Below, in pieces: positions 29,717 through 38,102 of a stretch of DNA of 64,000 nucleotides (positions are counted from its first letter, which is position 1; each line of letters opens with the position of its first letter). Origin of the DNA: Bacteroidota bacterium (GTDB lineage Bacteria; Bacteroidota; Bacteroidia; B-17B0; Aurantibacillaceae). Location: NCBI GenBank assembly GCA_018267475.1, contig JAFDYI010000031.1:50261-114260 (forward strand), given 5' to 3'. Position numbers and translations under genes: made by a program. The notes below the pieces were generated by a model, which was not told the DNA's origin, ran no database searches, and saw nothing but the letters and a program-made list of their open reading frames with translations.

Positions 29717-30097
29717 TGCTTTAGGAGGGTGAAACACCGAAGTAGGATATACCCAATAATCTTTTAACGTATAGATAAAAGTATGTTTTATTGGCTCTAC
29801 CGGGTGTACATCAAATTGGGCTACTTGGTATATAGGCATAGCTAATATCAAGTGGGTAGAGGCTGCGTAAAAAGGTACGGGCTTGTTATCTTCTTTTTCA
29901 GCATCATCTGTTTCTAAAAAGCCTACTTCAAAAAATTGCTCTTCTAAAAACTCAAAAATATCCGTGTTGTGGTTGGTATTACAAAAGTCATTGTAAAGCT
30001 TTGGTATTTGTTCTATATAGGCAAAATGCCCACGAGGTAAAAAGACACTTCCCACGGTGTAGTACACTAAAAGCGCTATGGCAATACTTTTTTTCAC
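29714..30097 (-). CDS. Small exported/membrane-anchored protein with C-terminal FHPP motif (putative regulatory leader)
   Basis: GTG start, N-terminal hydrophobic segment, acidic middle, ends ...SVFHPPKA*; own -7 box. Confidence 0.7.
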   Translation of the reverse strand: MKKSIAIALLVYYTVGSVFLPRGHFAYIEQIPKLYNDFCNTNHNTDIFEFLEEQFFEVGFLETDDAEKEDNKPVPFYAASTHLILAMPIYQVAQFDVHPVEPIKHTFIYTLKDYWVYPTSVFHPPKA

Positions 30098-30110
30098 TAA
30101 ATAATCTATG

Positions 30111-30118
30111 CAAATATA
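30111..30118 (-). promoter_or_regulatory. Bacteroidota sigmaA -7 box (TATATTTG) for the FHPP-PepSY-Omp85 unit
   Basis: TAnnTTTG 13 nt upstream of the GTG start. Confidence 0.6.
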
Positions 30119-30183
30119 AATTCATTTTTTTGAATAAAAATGAATTAGGTGCAAAATTTAACAAAAAGGTAACACAGACTGTT

Positions 30184-31635
30184 CTACTGTTTTATCCACT
30201 TTTTCACGGTGTTCTGTATTTTAATAAAATACAAACCGTTGCTTAAATTATGAATGGGTATGGCAACCACTTCTTTACCCTTTATAAAAAAGGGTTCTTT
30301 CAACACATCGTTGCCCAGTACGTCGTATATTTTTATTTCGCCCTGCATATTATCAAGTGTATTTATTTGTAAGATAGATGAGGCCGGATTGGGGTACAAA
30401 CTGAAGCTGTTTTCTGCCGAGGTGGCGTTTTCTATTCCAGTGGTGCCCACGTTTACCCACAACGCGTATGGCCCATTTTTGCAAGGAGGAATGTTTTCTG
30501 TAATAACCACATTACCCGATGTGTTCCCGAAATTTACTACTATGCTATTCGTTCCTTGTCCGCTGACAATAGTTGCGCCGCTTGGTACCGACCAGGTATA
30601 AGTTGTGCCCGTTGTAGCGCTTACCGAATACGTTACATTCGTTTGATTGGTTACTACATTAGTAAGGCCATTTATAGTAAGAGTATTGTTATTTAAAATT
30701 CCGAAAAAATAAGCCGCCCAAAAAGTAGAAGAGAAATACACATTATAGGCATAAGTGCCTATTTGCCCACATTGCTGGTAACAGGTTCCTGTATCCAGAG
30801 CTAGGGCATGCCCTAAGCCCATAAGAGTGTAGGTTTCTACCACCTCGCTGATGCTGTTGTTATAGGTGTTTTGCATTACATAAATACCGCCATTAAAGGT
30901 AGTAGTGCTTGTGGTCGGCGTTTGGCTGGCGCCTTGTACGTTTGTCCATTGTTTCATAATCTCTATTTCGTTTTGTGGGTTTACCACGGGATCTGCACTT
31001 CCTTGAAACACAACTACCTTAGGGTAAGCACCTGCATAAGTGGGGTAAGCCGCCCGTACTGAATCGCCCCATTGCTGGGGGGTGATGGTAGTGGTATAGC
31101 CGTACAAGGCAGCTGCACCTGCACGGTAAGGCGCTCCTGACATGGGGGCGCCAGCCTTAAACACATCGGGGTAACAAGCCATCATCACGTTAGTCATGCA
31201 AGCTCCCGCGCTTAGGCCTGTAACAAAAATTTGGGTGCTATCAATAAGGTAGTGCCCCTTCATATAATCTACCATTTGTTTAATAGAAGAAGCCTCGCCT
31301 TGATTTCTGTTGATATCCCCACTTACAAACCAATTAAAGCAATTGTTAGAATTATTCGCTGCGTTTTGTTCGGGATATACTACGCAAAAGTGATGCCTGT
31401 CGGCCATAGTATTCCAACCGCTTTGCACGGCTACTACGCTGGCGGTTTGTGTACAGCCGTGCATGACCACTACTAAAGGAGCCTTTGATGTAATGCCTGC
31501 AGGCACATAGCTGTACATATTTAAGTTACCCGGGTTGCTTCCAAAAGAAGTTACTGCATTCCAACCGGTTTGCGCGTTTGTGACACGAAGCACAAAACAC
31601 AAAAAAAACACATAGCTAAATTTAAGAGCGGTCAT
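30184..31635 (-). CDS. Secreted PHB-depolymerase/LpqC-family esterase with PKD-like domain and T9SS CTD
   Basis: GSNPGNLNMY, VVMHGCTQ (oxyanion), YPEQ, CFNWF, GLSAG (nucleophile), QGSADPVV (Asp), GLGH (His); 'TYTWSVPSGATI' PKD-like; CTD 'LYPNPAS...IYDVLG...LSNGLYFIKI'. Confidence 0.9.
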   Translation of the reverse strand: MTALKFSYVFFLCFVLRVTNAQTGWNAVTSFGSNPGNLNMYSYVPAGITSKAPLVVVMHGCTQTASVVAVQSGWNTMADRHHFCVVYPEQNAANNSNNCFNWFVSGDINRNQGEASSIKQMVDYMKGHYLIDSTQIFVTGLSAGACMTNVMMACYPDVFKAGAPMSGAPYRAGAAALYGYTTTITPQQWGDSVRAAYPTYAGAYPKVVVFQGSADPVVNPQNEIEIMKQWTNVQGASQTPTTSTTTFNGGIYVMQNTYNNSISEVVETYTLMGLGHALALDTGTCYQQCGQIGTYAYNVYFSSTFWAAYFFGILNNNTLTINGLTNVVTNQTNVTYSVSATTGTTYTWSVPSGATIVSGQGTNSIVVNFGNTSGNVVITENIPPCKNGPYALWVNVGTTGIENATSAENSFSLYPNPASSILQINTLDNMQGEIKIYDVLGNDVLKEPFFIKGKEVVAIPIHNLSNGLYFIKIQNTVKKWIKQ

Positions 31636-31671
31636 GGTGGTTATTAAAATTTATTTTTTTTGAAAGTAGTT

Positions 31672-31699
31672 CAAAGATATAAAAAAAAACATACATTTG
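31672..31699. promoter_or_regulatory. Back-to-back divergent sigmaA -7 boxes
   Basis: TATCTTTG on minus (31672..31679, esterase) and TACATTTG on plus (31692..31699, PAS-PP2C). Confidence 0.55.
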
Positions 31700-31709
31700 C
31701 AGCGGAAAT

Positions 31710-31787
31710 ATGTTTTTCAGTACACACATACTTTTTTCTTCTTGGCATCGAATGCCTTGTATTATGCCTATGCAACGCGGTTGCTAA
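31710..31787 (+). other. Possible upstream ORF / leader peptide (25 aa, MFFSTHILFSSWHRMPCIMPMQRGC*)
   Basis: Open frame from ATG 31710 to TAA 31787 inside the 5' leader of the PAS-PP2C gene; short hairpins and a U-rich tract follow. Confidence 0.3.
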
Positions 31788-31833
31788 GAGCCATTTTACT
31801 CTTTTTTTTCATTTATTTTTTTATTCAAACAGT

Positions 31834-32979
31834 ATGAATTTTATTGGAGAAGCTATATTACAACATTTAAATACCCTTATCGTAGTCATCAGCCCGCAGG
31901 GCGAAATAAACTACGTAAGTCCCTCGGTACAGCGCCTATTGGGTTACCATGCAAGCCAACTTTTGGGTAATGGCTGGTGGGAACTGCCGCGTGAATCGGC
32001 AGCAGAAGGTTTAGCTATAAAAAATCAAGTTTTAGAAGCTACAAAAAAATCAAAAGGACACATACCCATATTTGAACGCTATGTAACTACCGCACAAGGA
32101 GCAAAAAAGTATATTGTGTGGAACAGTCATCTAACCGAAAACGGAAACCTTGTTAGCATTGGTTATGATATAAGCGACCGCAAACAAGCCGAGCAGCTAT
32201 TAAATGAAAAAGTAAAAGAGCTTCAGAAAAAAAATGCAGAGATGAGTGAAAGCATCGCTTATGCCAAACGCATACAGCAAAGCATTTTAGTTCATCCGGA
32301 AGGGCTAAACAAAGAAGTGGCCGACTCTTTTATATTATATCGCCCAAAAGATGTGGTAAGTGGCGATTTGTATTGGTATTACAAAAAAGGCAACAAACTG
32401 TATGTGGCCGCTGTAGATTGTACCGGGCATGGGGTTCCAGGCGCTCTCATGTCTGTAATGGCCTATGGTTTGTTGCGCAATAACATTGCAAAAAGAAACC
32501 TCAACAACCCGGCTCAAATACTATATGCTTTAGATGAAGAGTTGCAAGCCGAACTGCTTACGCAGGGCACTGCCGACGGAATGGATATTGCCCTTATAGA
32601 AATAGATTTTGAAACCCAAAAAGTACAATACGCAGGCGCTTTTAGGCCTTTAATTTTAATACGCAATGGACAACTTATAGAATTTAAAGCCAGCAAATTT
32701 CCTATTGGCTTATACGGAGGTGTTGAAAAACAATTTGACTTACACGAGTTTAATTGGTTGCCGGGCGATGCTTTGTATCTTTTTTCTGATGGGTATGCCG
32801 ACCAATTTGGAGGCGAGCGTAACAAAAAATTTAATCGGAAAAATTTTTATGAAACCTTGCTAAGCATACAAGATATGACTATGGAAGAGCAAGCTTCTTT
32901 TTTGGAATACACACACAACAACTGGAAACAAAACGAGACACAAACCGACGATATACTGGTTATGGGTATTAAACTTTAA
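31834..32979 (+). CDS. PAS domain + SpoIIE/RsbU-type PP2C phosphatase
   Basis: PAS 'GEINYVSPSVQRLLGY'; coiled linker; KDVVSGDLYW, AAVDCTGHGVPGA, DGMDIAL, LFSDGYADQFGG, QTDDILVMG; start ATG 31834. Confidence 0.9.
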   Translation: MNFIGEAILQHLNTLIVVISPQGEINYVSPSVQRLLGYHASQLLGNGWWELPRESAAEGLAIKNQVLEATKKSKGHIPIFERYVTTAQGAKKYIVWNSHLTENGNLVSIGYDISDRKQAEQLLNEKVKELQKKNAEMSESIAYAKRIQQSILVHPEGLNKEVADSFILYRPKDVVSGDLYWYYKKGNKLYVAAVDCTGHGVPGALMSVMAYGLLRNNIAKRNLNNPAQILYALDEELQAELLTQGTADGMDIALIEIDFETQKVQYAGAFRPLILIRNGQLIEFKASKFPIGLYGGVEKQFDLHEFNWLPGDALYLFSDGYADQFGGERNKKFNRKNFYETLLSIQDMTMEEQASFLEYTHNNWKQNETQTDDILVMGIKL

Positions 32980-33015
32980 TACCACGTCACCACTGTCAGA
33001 AATATGTTTTAGAAG

Positions 33016-33843
33016 TCAAGGGGTTGTTTGGGGCTTGCGCTTAAACCTAATAAAATCAATAGAAGCACCTACCGACATTTGAAAAACGCCCATGCTCATC
33101 GTTTTTTTTGCATAAATATATTGTGGGGTTATGTTGTCGGTACGTACTACCACATAATACGGATACGAAACAAGTCCACCGCTATAACCTATATTGAAGT
33201 GAAAAGCAATGCCTATTAACTCCATGGGTTCTAACTTATATTTTATACCCAAGCCTACGTTGTAGCACCATCCTTTTCCGGTAGTAAAAGCGTAAATGGC
33301 AGTATCTTTAGGTCCGTAATAAATCATACGCGGCACATACCCATTTAGCACATAACCGCCGCAGGCTTTAAAATTAAAATCAAGGTGCTTAGATACGGGC
33401 AGGGTATATTGAGGGCCAATTACAAACTCCTCCATTCTATAATCTTGGTCGGTGTATATGCTTGATTTTCCGGGCGGAAAGTATGCGGTATAACGCTCAT
33501 TTAAAGCGTTTATATCCAACTCATTTATTCCTCCGTACAAGGCAGCCAGCACGCCCCATCGTTTGGTTATTTGATACGAAAGCCAAAAACTGTAATGAAA
33601 CCCCTTTTGCGCATAGCCGCTTATTTGGTTGGTATCCGTTCCGTTTAATCTGGATATGGGTATATTTTGAGTAGAAGCGCTTCCGTATTGCTGACATGGA
33701 ATGCCTTGCCCCACACTAAACCCGGCCGATAAGCGCCAAAAAACACCTTCTTGTTTTTTTGTTTGCGCCCAACTGTTTACAAAGAAAAAAACAGATGCTA
33801 TCCAGATAATTTTTCGTTTATTTTTTTTTATGGAATAGAGCAT
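33016..33843 (-). CDS. Hypothetical outer-membrane beta-barrel protein
   Basis: Signal peptide; alternating aromatic/hydrophobic beta-strands (FVIGPQYTLP, YNVGLGIKYKL, FQMSVGASIDF). Confidence 0.6.
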   Translation of the reverse strand: MLYSIKKNKRKIIWIASVFFFVNSWAQTKKQEGVFWRLSAGFSVGQGIPCQQYGSASTQNIPISRLNGTDTNQISGYAQKGFHYSFWLSYQITKRWGVLAALYGGINELDINALNERYTAYFPPGKSSIYTDQDYRMEEFVIGPQYTLPVSKHLDFNFKACGGYVLNGYVPRMIYYGPKDTAIYAFTTGKGWCYNVGLGIKYKLEPMELIGIAFHFNIGYSGGLVSYPYYVVVRTDNITPQYIYAKKTMSMGVFQMSVGASIDFIRFKRKPQTTP

Positions 33844-33846
33844 ATA

Positions 33847-34728
33847 TTAGTTTTTTTTCTTTTTAGATGTTCCTTGAAAGAGAGAGGATATAAGCTCTAC
33901 CTGCATATAATACGGGGTGCCTAAACCAAAACCATAATCTACCTGCAAGCGCAAACGCTTAGAAAAATGATAGCGTATGCCGCCATGAAAAAGCAATCCT
34001 AGCTGTATGTTGTTAGGCCTTCTAAAATCTTCGCCGGGTGTAATAACTTGATGATACTGATAGTTGGGGCCGTTACTCCATTGGTCGGCTTCAGTCCACA
34101 CAGAAAGGCTTACACAGGTGCCCACAAAATAGTGCATTTTTTTTCCTACCCTGCCTTTAAAGTCGTAGGTAAGTGGTATAGCGGCTGTAATGCACGAAAA
34201 AGTGATACCGGTAGGATAAAAATTTTGTAAACCAGCCGAAGCGCATTGTATGGCTTGGTAGCTGAGGCTGGCGCCTATATTCAAATCTTCTATTTCATCG
34301 TCTAAATAGTAATTAAAAGAAGCCTCTATCTCGGGCAAAACCTTACAATTGTAATAATTAGACACATTGTTGTAAAAAAGCACTTGGCGTAGCCTCATCT
34401 GGCTAAAAGTAAGGGGCTGGTACTCGGCACTTAAACCAATGCTGGCATTTTTGGTAAGTAAATAATTAAGCGAAAGTCCTGCTATGGGGGCTATAATGTT
34501 GCTGTGCATATTATTAAAGGAAACCGCATCGGCTACTCTGCTTTCCAAGTATTTCATTTCGCCTGCCCCTATTATAGGGGTAATGGTAAGCTCGTGCCCG
34601 GTAGCAGAGTCGGGCTGCAAATTATCTTTAAAATACACCTGAGCCATACCAAAATGCGTAAAACAAATAAAATATAATACAATGCTGCGCAGCCTTAGCA
34701 TAAGGGCTTTTTTATAAAATAATTTCAC
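33847..34728 (-). CDS. Hypothetical outer-membrane beta-barrel protein
   Basis: GTG start (or ATG 34701); signal peptide; strands such as GLSLNYLL, IGASLSY, FHGGIRYHF, LQVDYGFG. Confidence 0.55.
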   Translation of the reverse strand: MKLFYKKALMLRLRSIVLYFICFTHFGMAQVYFKDNLQPDSATGHELTITPIIGAGEMKYLESRVADAVSFNNMHSNIIAPIAGLSLNYLLTKNASIGLSAEYQPLTFSQMRLRQVLFYNNVSNYYNCKVLPEIEASFNYYLDDEIEDLNIGASLSYQAIQCASAGLQNFYPTGITFSCITAAIPLTYDFKGRVGKKMHYFVGTCVSLSVWTEADQWSNGPNYQYHQVITPGEDFRRPNNIQLGLLFHGGIRYHFSKRLRLQVDYGFGLGTPYYMQVELISSLFQGTSKKKKN

Positions 34729-34961
34729 AAAAATAAACTATCTGTGGTATTTTTTGGCAAAATACAGCGCCTTATTCCTGTTAAAAAAAACGTTTTTTTG
34801 TTAAAAAATCGCGTTTTGTTTTATGCTGAAAACGAAAGCAATAAAAAAGAGAAACGAATAAAATACCGCTCCCTTTTTTAAAAGTTGATTGGGCACCTAT
34901 GAAAAAAAACAAAATATTTTTGGTATGCGTTATTTGAAAAAATACTATCTTGCACTCACTT

Positions 34962-35645
34962 ATGAAGTTTGATGTGAAAAAGAGTGCTTGTTTTTTACTT
35001 ATAGTGCTTATTGCAGTGCTTCCATCTTGCAAATATGCCAACCCTAAATATATAAGCGAAGGCGTGATAGACTACAACGTAAAACCGGTAGATGAAAACA
35101 GCCCCATGGCAGGCTACGCCCCGGGTAAAATGACCGCAAAATTTAAAAACAACATGATAGCCGCCCAAATGAACGTAATGGGGGGCATTTTTAGTACCAC
35201 TCTCATTTTCAACCCACAAAAGAAAACCCTTACCCAGTTGGTAAAAATGCTGGACGTAAAACAAGCCATTGTGGAAGATGAAAAGATGCTCGTGAACGAA
35301 ATAAAAGCATACGAACTTATTTTTGAAGAAACAGGCGAGAAAAAAGACATAGCCGGATACAAATGCAAAAAAGTAGTGGCCACCAAGGTAGATGACCCCA
35401 CCGATAGGTTTGACGTATGGTACACCGACGAGCTAAACATTAAAAACCCCAATGTAGGCACCCCTTATCACGCCATAGAAGGCATGCTTATGCAGTACCG
35501 ACTAAAAAGAAACGAACTGGAACTGGAGTTTACCGCCGTAGGTGTTGAAAAAGAAAAAGTAGAAGATTCTGAATTTGAACTACCCTCCTACTATAAAGTT
35601 ATCACAAAGCAAGAAATGGACGATTTTTTTAAGTCCTTGCAGTAA
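34962..35645 (+). CDS. DUF4412/GLPGLI-like lipoprotein
   Basis: Lipobox VLPS-C; 'EGVIDY', 'TGEKKDIAGYKCKKV', 'VWYTDEL', 'GMLMQY', 'FELPSYY'; start ATG 34962. Confidence 0.75.
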   Translation: MKFDVKKSACFLLIVLIAVLPSCKYANPKYISEGVIDYNVKPVDENSPMAGYAPGKMTAKFKNNMIAAQMNVMGGIFSTTLIFNPQKKTLTQLVKMLDVKQAIVEDEKMLVNEIKAYELIFEETGEKKDIAGYKCKKVVATKVDDPTDRFDVWYTDELNIKNPNVGTPYHAIEGMLMQYRLKRNELELEFTAVGVEKEKVEDSEFELPSYYKVITKQEMDDFFKSLQ

Positions 35646-35691
35646 CCGCTCAACCCTTATATTTTCCGCTCAGAAAAAAATAAATAAAAAT

Positions 35692-35706
35692 TGGCACATA
35701 AATTGT
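35692..35706 (+). promoter_or_regulatory. Possible sigma54 -24/-12 promoter
   Basis: TGGCAC-N5-TTGT upstream of the second DUF4412 gene (one mismatch to TGGCAC-N5-TTGC). Confidence 0.35.
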
Positions 35707-35748
35707 ACTTTAGCAGCCTATAACAACATTTAAAAAAAACAAAAAAAT

Positions 35749-36411
35749 ATGAAAAAAATCTTTTTGACAGCCCTAACCTTTGTAAGCATGATGGGCGCCC
35801 AAGCACAAATAAAAGAAGGCACCGTAACCTACAACATCAACGTAGAAAATGCACCACCGGAATATGCGGGCATGCTAAAAGGCATGGAAATGACTGTTTA
35901 TTTTAAAAACGATAAATCAAAAGCCGAGTTTACTTCCTCTATGCAATCTACCACTACCGTAGGCGATGAAAACGGAAGCCTTACCCTAGTAGAAGCTATG
36001 GGGCAAAAGTATTTTATGAAAATGAGCAAAGCCGATTTGGAAAAAGAATCTAAAAAAAATCCAGAACCCAAAATTACGTACTCAAACGAAACTAAAACCA
36101 TAGCCGGTTACGAGTGTAAAAAAGCCATTATAGAAACCAAGGATAAAAAAGGAGAAGCACACAAAATAAACGTTTGGTACTGCGAAAAACTTCCTATCAC
36201 ACACGGAAGCAGTCAGATGGCACAATTTAAAGGGCTAAAAGGTGCCCCGCTGGAGTTTGATGCCAACCAAGGTACTTTTAAAATGGTTTTTGCTGCCACT
36301 AAAGTTTCTACTGCTCCGGTAGCCGATTCGGAATTTAAAGTATCTACCGAAGGCTATACCGAAATGAGTATGGACCAATTAAAACAAATGCAAGGCGGAG
36401 GCGGAAAATAA
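35749..36411 (+). CDS. DUF4412/GLPGLI-like exported protein
   Basis: Signal peptide (AQA-QI); 'EGTVTY', 'SNETKTIAGYECKKA', 'VWYCEKL', 'GLKGAPLEF', 'EFKVSTEGY'. Confidence 0.78.
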   Translation: MKKIFLTALTFVSMMGAQAQIKEGTVTYNINVENAPPEYAGMLKGMEMTVYFKNDKSKAEFTSSMQSTTTVGDENGSLTLVEAMGQKYFMKMSKADLEKESKKNPEPKITYSNETKTIAGYECKKAIIETKDKKGEAHKINVWYCEKLPITHGSSQMAQFKGLKGAPLEFDANQGTFKMVFAATKVSTAPVADSEFKVSTEGYTEMSMDQLKQMQGGGGK

Positions 36412-36432
36412 CATTTCCTCCATCTTTTACAC

Positions 36433-36468
36433 AAAAAAAGAGCTTGCCCACCGCAAGCTCTTTTTTTT
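36433..36468 (+). terminator. Intrinsic (bidirectional-type) terminator
   Basis: AAAAAAAGAGCTTGC-CCACC-GCAAGCTCTTTTTTTT perfect stem plus T run. Confidence 0.88.
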
Positions 36469-36471
36469 ATC

Positions 36472-36479
36472 TAAATTTG
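36472..36479 (+). promoter_or_regulatory. Bacteroidota sigmaA -7 box (TAAATTTG) for wcaF-hemB
   Basis: TAnnTTTG immediately after the terminator, 8 nt before ATG 36488. Confidence 0.55.
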
Positions 36480-36487
36480 CAGCAATA

Positions 36488-37045
36488 ATGACAAAAAAAG
36501 AAACCAATTTAGCCTCATTCAACAACCAATGGTATAAACACGGTCGCTCAAGCGTAACCAACCTGTTGTGGTATTTGATAAGCGTTGTCTTTTTTAAATC
36601 GGCTTTTCCTTTCAATAAAGTAAAAGTGTTTTGGTTGCGCGCTTTTGGGGCAAAAATAGGCAGAGGAGTTGTTATAAAACCGCATGTAAACATAAAATAC
36701 CCCTGGCTTTTGCAAATAGGCAATTATGTATGGATAGGCGAGCACGTATGGATAGATAACTTAGCCAAAGTATTGATAGAAGACCACGTATGCGTTTCGC
36801 AAGGCGCGATGCTGCTGTGCGGCAACCACCATTACAAAAAAACCACTTTTGATTTAATTATTGGCGAAATTAAGCTAAGTAAAGGCACTTGGATAGGCGC
36901 CAAAAGCGTAGTGTGCCCCGGCGTTACCGCAGGAAGCCACGCCGTACTTACCGTAGGCTCTATAGCAACCTCACATTTAAAAGAATACACCATCTACCAA
37001 GGTAACCCCGCCCAAGCTGTAAAAGAACGAATACTAAAAGAATAA
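36488..37045 (+). CDS. wcaF: WcaF-like hexapeptide-repeat acetyltransferase
   Basis: LRAFGAKIG, IKPHVNIKYPWLLQIGNYVWIGE, VCVSQGAMLLCGNH, IYQGNPA. Confidence 0.88.
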   Translation: MTKKETNLASFNNQWYKHGRSSVTNLLWYLISVVFFKSAFPFNKVKVFWLRAFGAKIGRGVVIKPHVNIKYPWLLQIGNYVWIGEHVWIDNLAKVLIEDHVCVSQGAMLLCGNHHYKKTTFDLIIGEIKLSKGTWIGAKSVVCPGVTAGSHAVLTVGSIATSHLKEYTIYQGNPAQAVKERILKE

Positions 37046-37063
37046 AATTAAATCATCATTTTT

Positions 37064-38038
37064 ATGATAACCCATCGCCCACGCAGAAACAGAAAAAACC
37101 AAGCCATCCGCCAATTGGTACAAGAAAACCAAGTACATGTAAGCGACCTTATTTTTCCGGTGTTTGTAAACGAAGGTAAAAACAAAAAAACAGAAATCGC
37201 ATCCATGCCAGGCATCTATCGTTTTAGTTTAGACTTGCTGCTAAAAGAAATAGAAAGTTGCTTAAAATTAGGCATCACTACCTTTGCCCCCTTTCCTAAT
37301 ATAGCCGAAAAACTAAAAAACAAAACAGCCTCCGAAAGCTGGAATAAGAAAAACATATATTTGCGCAGCATTCGTGAAATAAAAAAACAATTTCCGGAAG
37401 CCGTACTTATGACCGATGTAGCTATGGATCCGTACAGTAGCGACGGGCACGATGGTTTGGTAAAAAACAACGAAATTATAAACGATGAAACCCTTAGCAT
37501 TTTAGCCCGAATGGCTGTAGCCCAGGCCGAAGCCGGCACGGATATTGTTGGCCCCAGCGACATGATGGACGGGCGCGTAGGGTTTATTAGAAATCAATTA
37601 GATAAAGCAGGCTACCAACAAGTATCTATTATGGCTTATACCGCTAAGTACGCCAGTGCTTTTTACGGCCCTTTTAGAGATGCTTTAGAAAGCGCCCCCA
37701 AGTTTGGCGATAAAAAAACCTATCAAATGAACCCCGCCAACAGCAAAGAAGCCTTGCTGGAAGCCGAGCTGGACAGCCTAGAGGGAGCCGATTTTTTAAT
37801 GGTAAAGCCAGCCCTTTCTTACCTTGATATAATACAACAACTGAACGAAAATTTTTCTTTACCTATAGCCGCCTACAACGTAAGCGGAGAATATGCTATG
37901 GTAAAAGCCGCAGCACAAAAAAACTGGATTGATGGACAAAAAATACGCGACGAAATGCTACTAAGCATGAAACGCGCCGGCGCTAAAATTATTCTTACGT
38001 ACTTCGCTAAAGAGTGGGCTTTGGATCATAAAAAATAG
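37064..38038 (+). CDS. hemB: Porphobilinogen synthase
   Basis: RPRRNR, IASMPG, DVAMDPYSSDGHDG (Asp-rich, non-Cys metal site), PSDMMDGRV, YTAKYASAFYGPFRDA, LMVKPA, AYNVSGEY. Confidence 0.97.
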   Translation: MITHRPRRNRKNQAIRQLVQENQVHVSDLIFPVFVNEGKNKKTEIASMPGIYRFSLDLLLKEIESCLKLGITTFAPFPNIAEKLKNKTASESWNKKNIYLRSIREIKKQFPEAVLMTDVAMDPYSSDGHDGLVKNNEIINDETLSILARMAVAQAEAGTDIVGPSDMMDGRVGFIRNQLDKAGYQQVSIMAYTAKYASAFYGPFRDALESAPKFGDKKTYQMNPANSKEALLEAELDSLEGADFLMVKPALSYLDIIQQLNENFSLPIAAYNVSGEYAMVKAAAQKNWIDGQKIRDEMLLSMKRAGAKIILTYFAKEWALDHKK

Positions 38039-38102
38039 ACTTTGGGGCAACCGCCAAAAAGTCCTTACTTTCAGTTTTAAAAAACATTTTTTTGCCTTAA
38101 AA

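Noticed and set aside
31660-31833. 58-aa N-terminal extension of the PAS-PP2C ORF in the ORF track
   Set aside because: Starts at a TTG upstream of the -7 promoter box and reads as non-coding sequence; ATG 31834 fits better. Similar extensions were trimmed for prfC, gatB, waaA, batC, the K+ channel, lolE and the GNAT at 58639.
34781-35041. 86-aa minus-strand ORF in the divergent promoter region
   Set aside because: Low-complexity, overlaps the start of the DUF4412 lipoprotein, and has no motif or promoter support.
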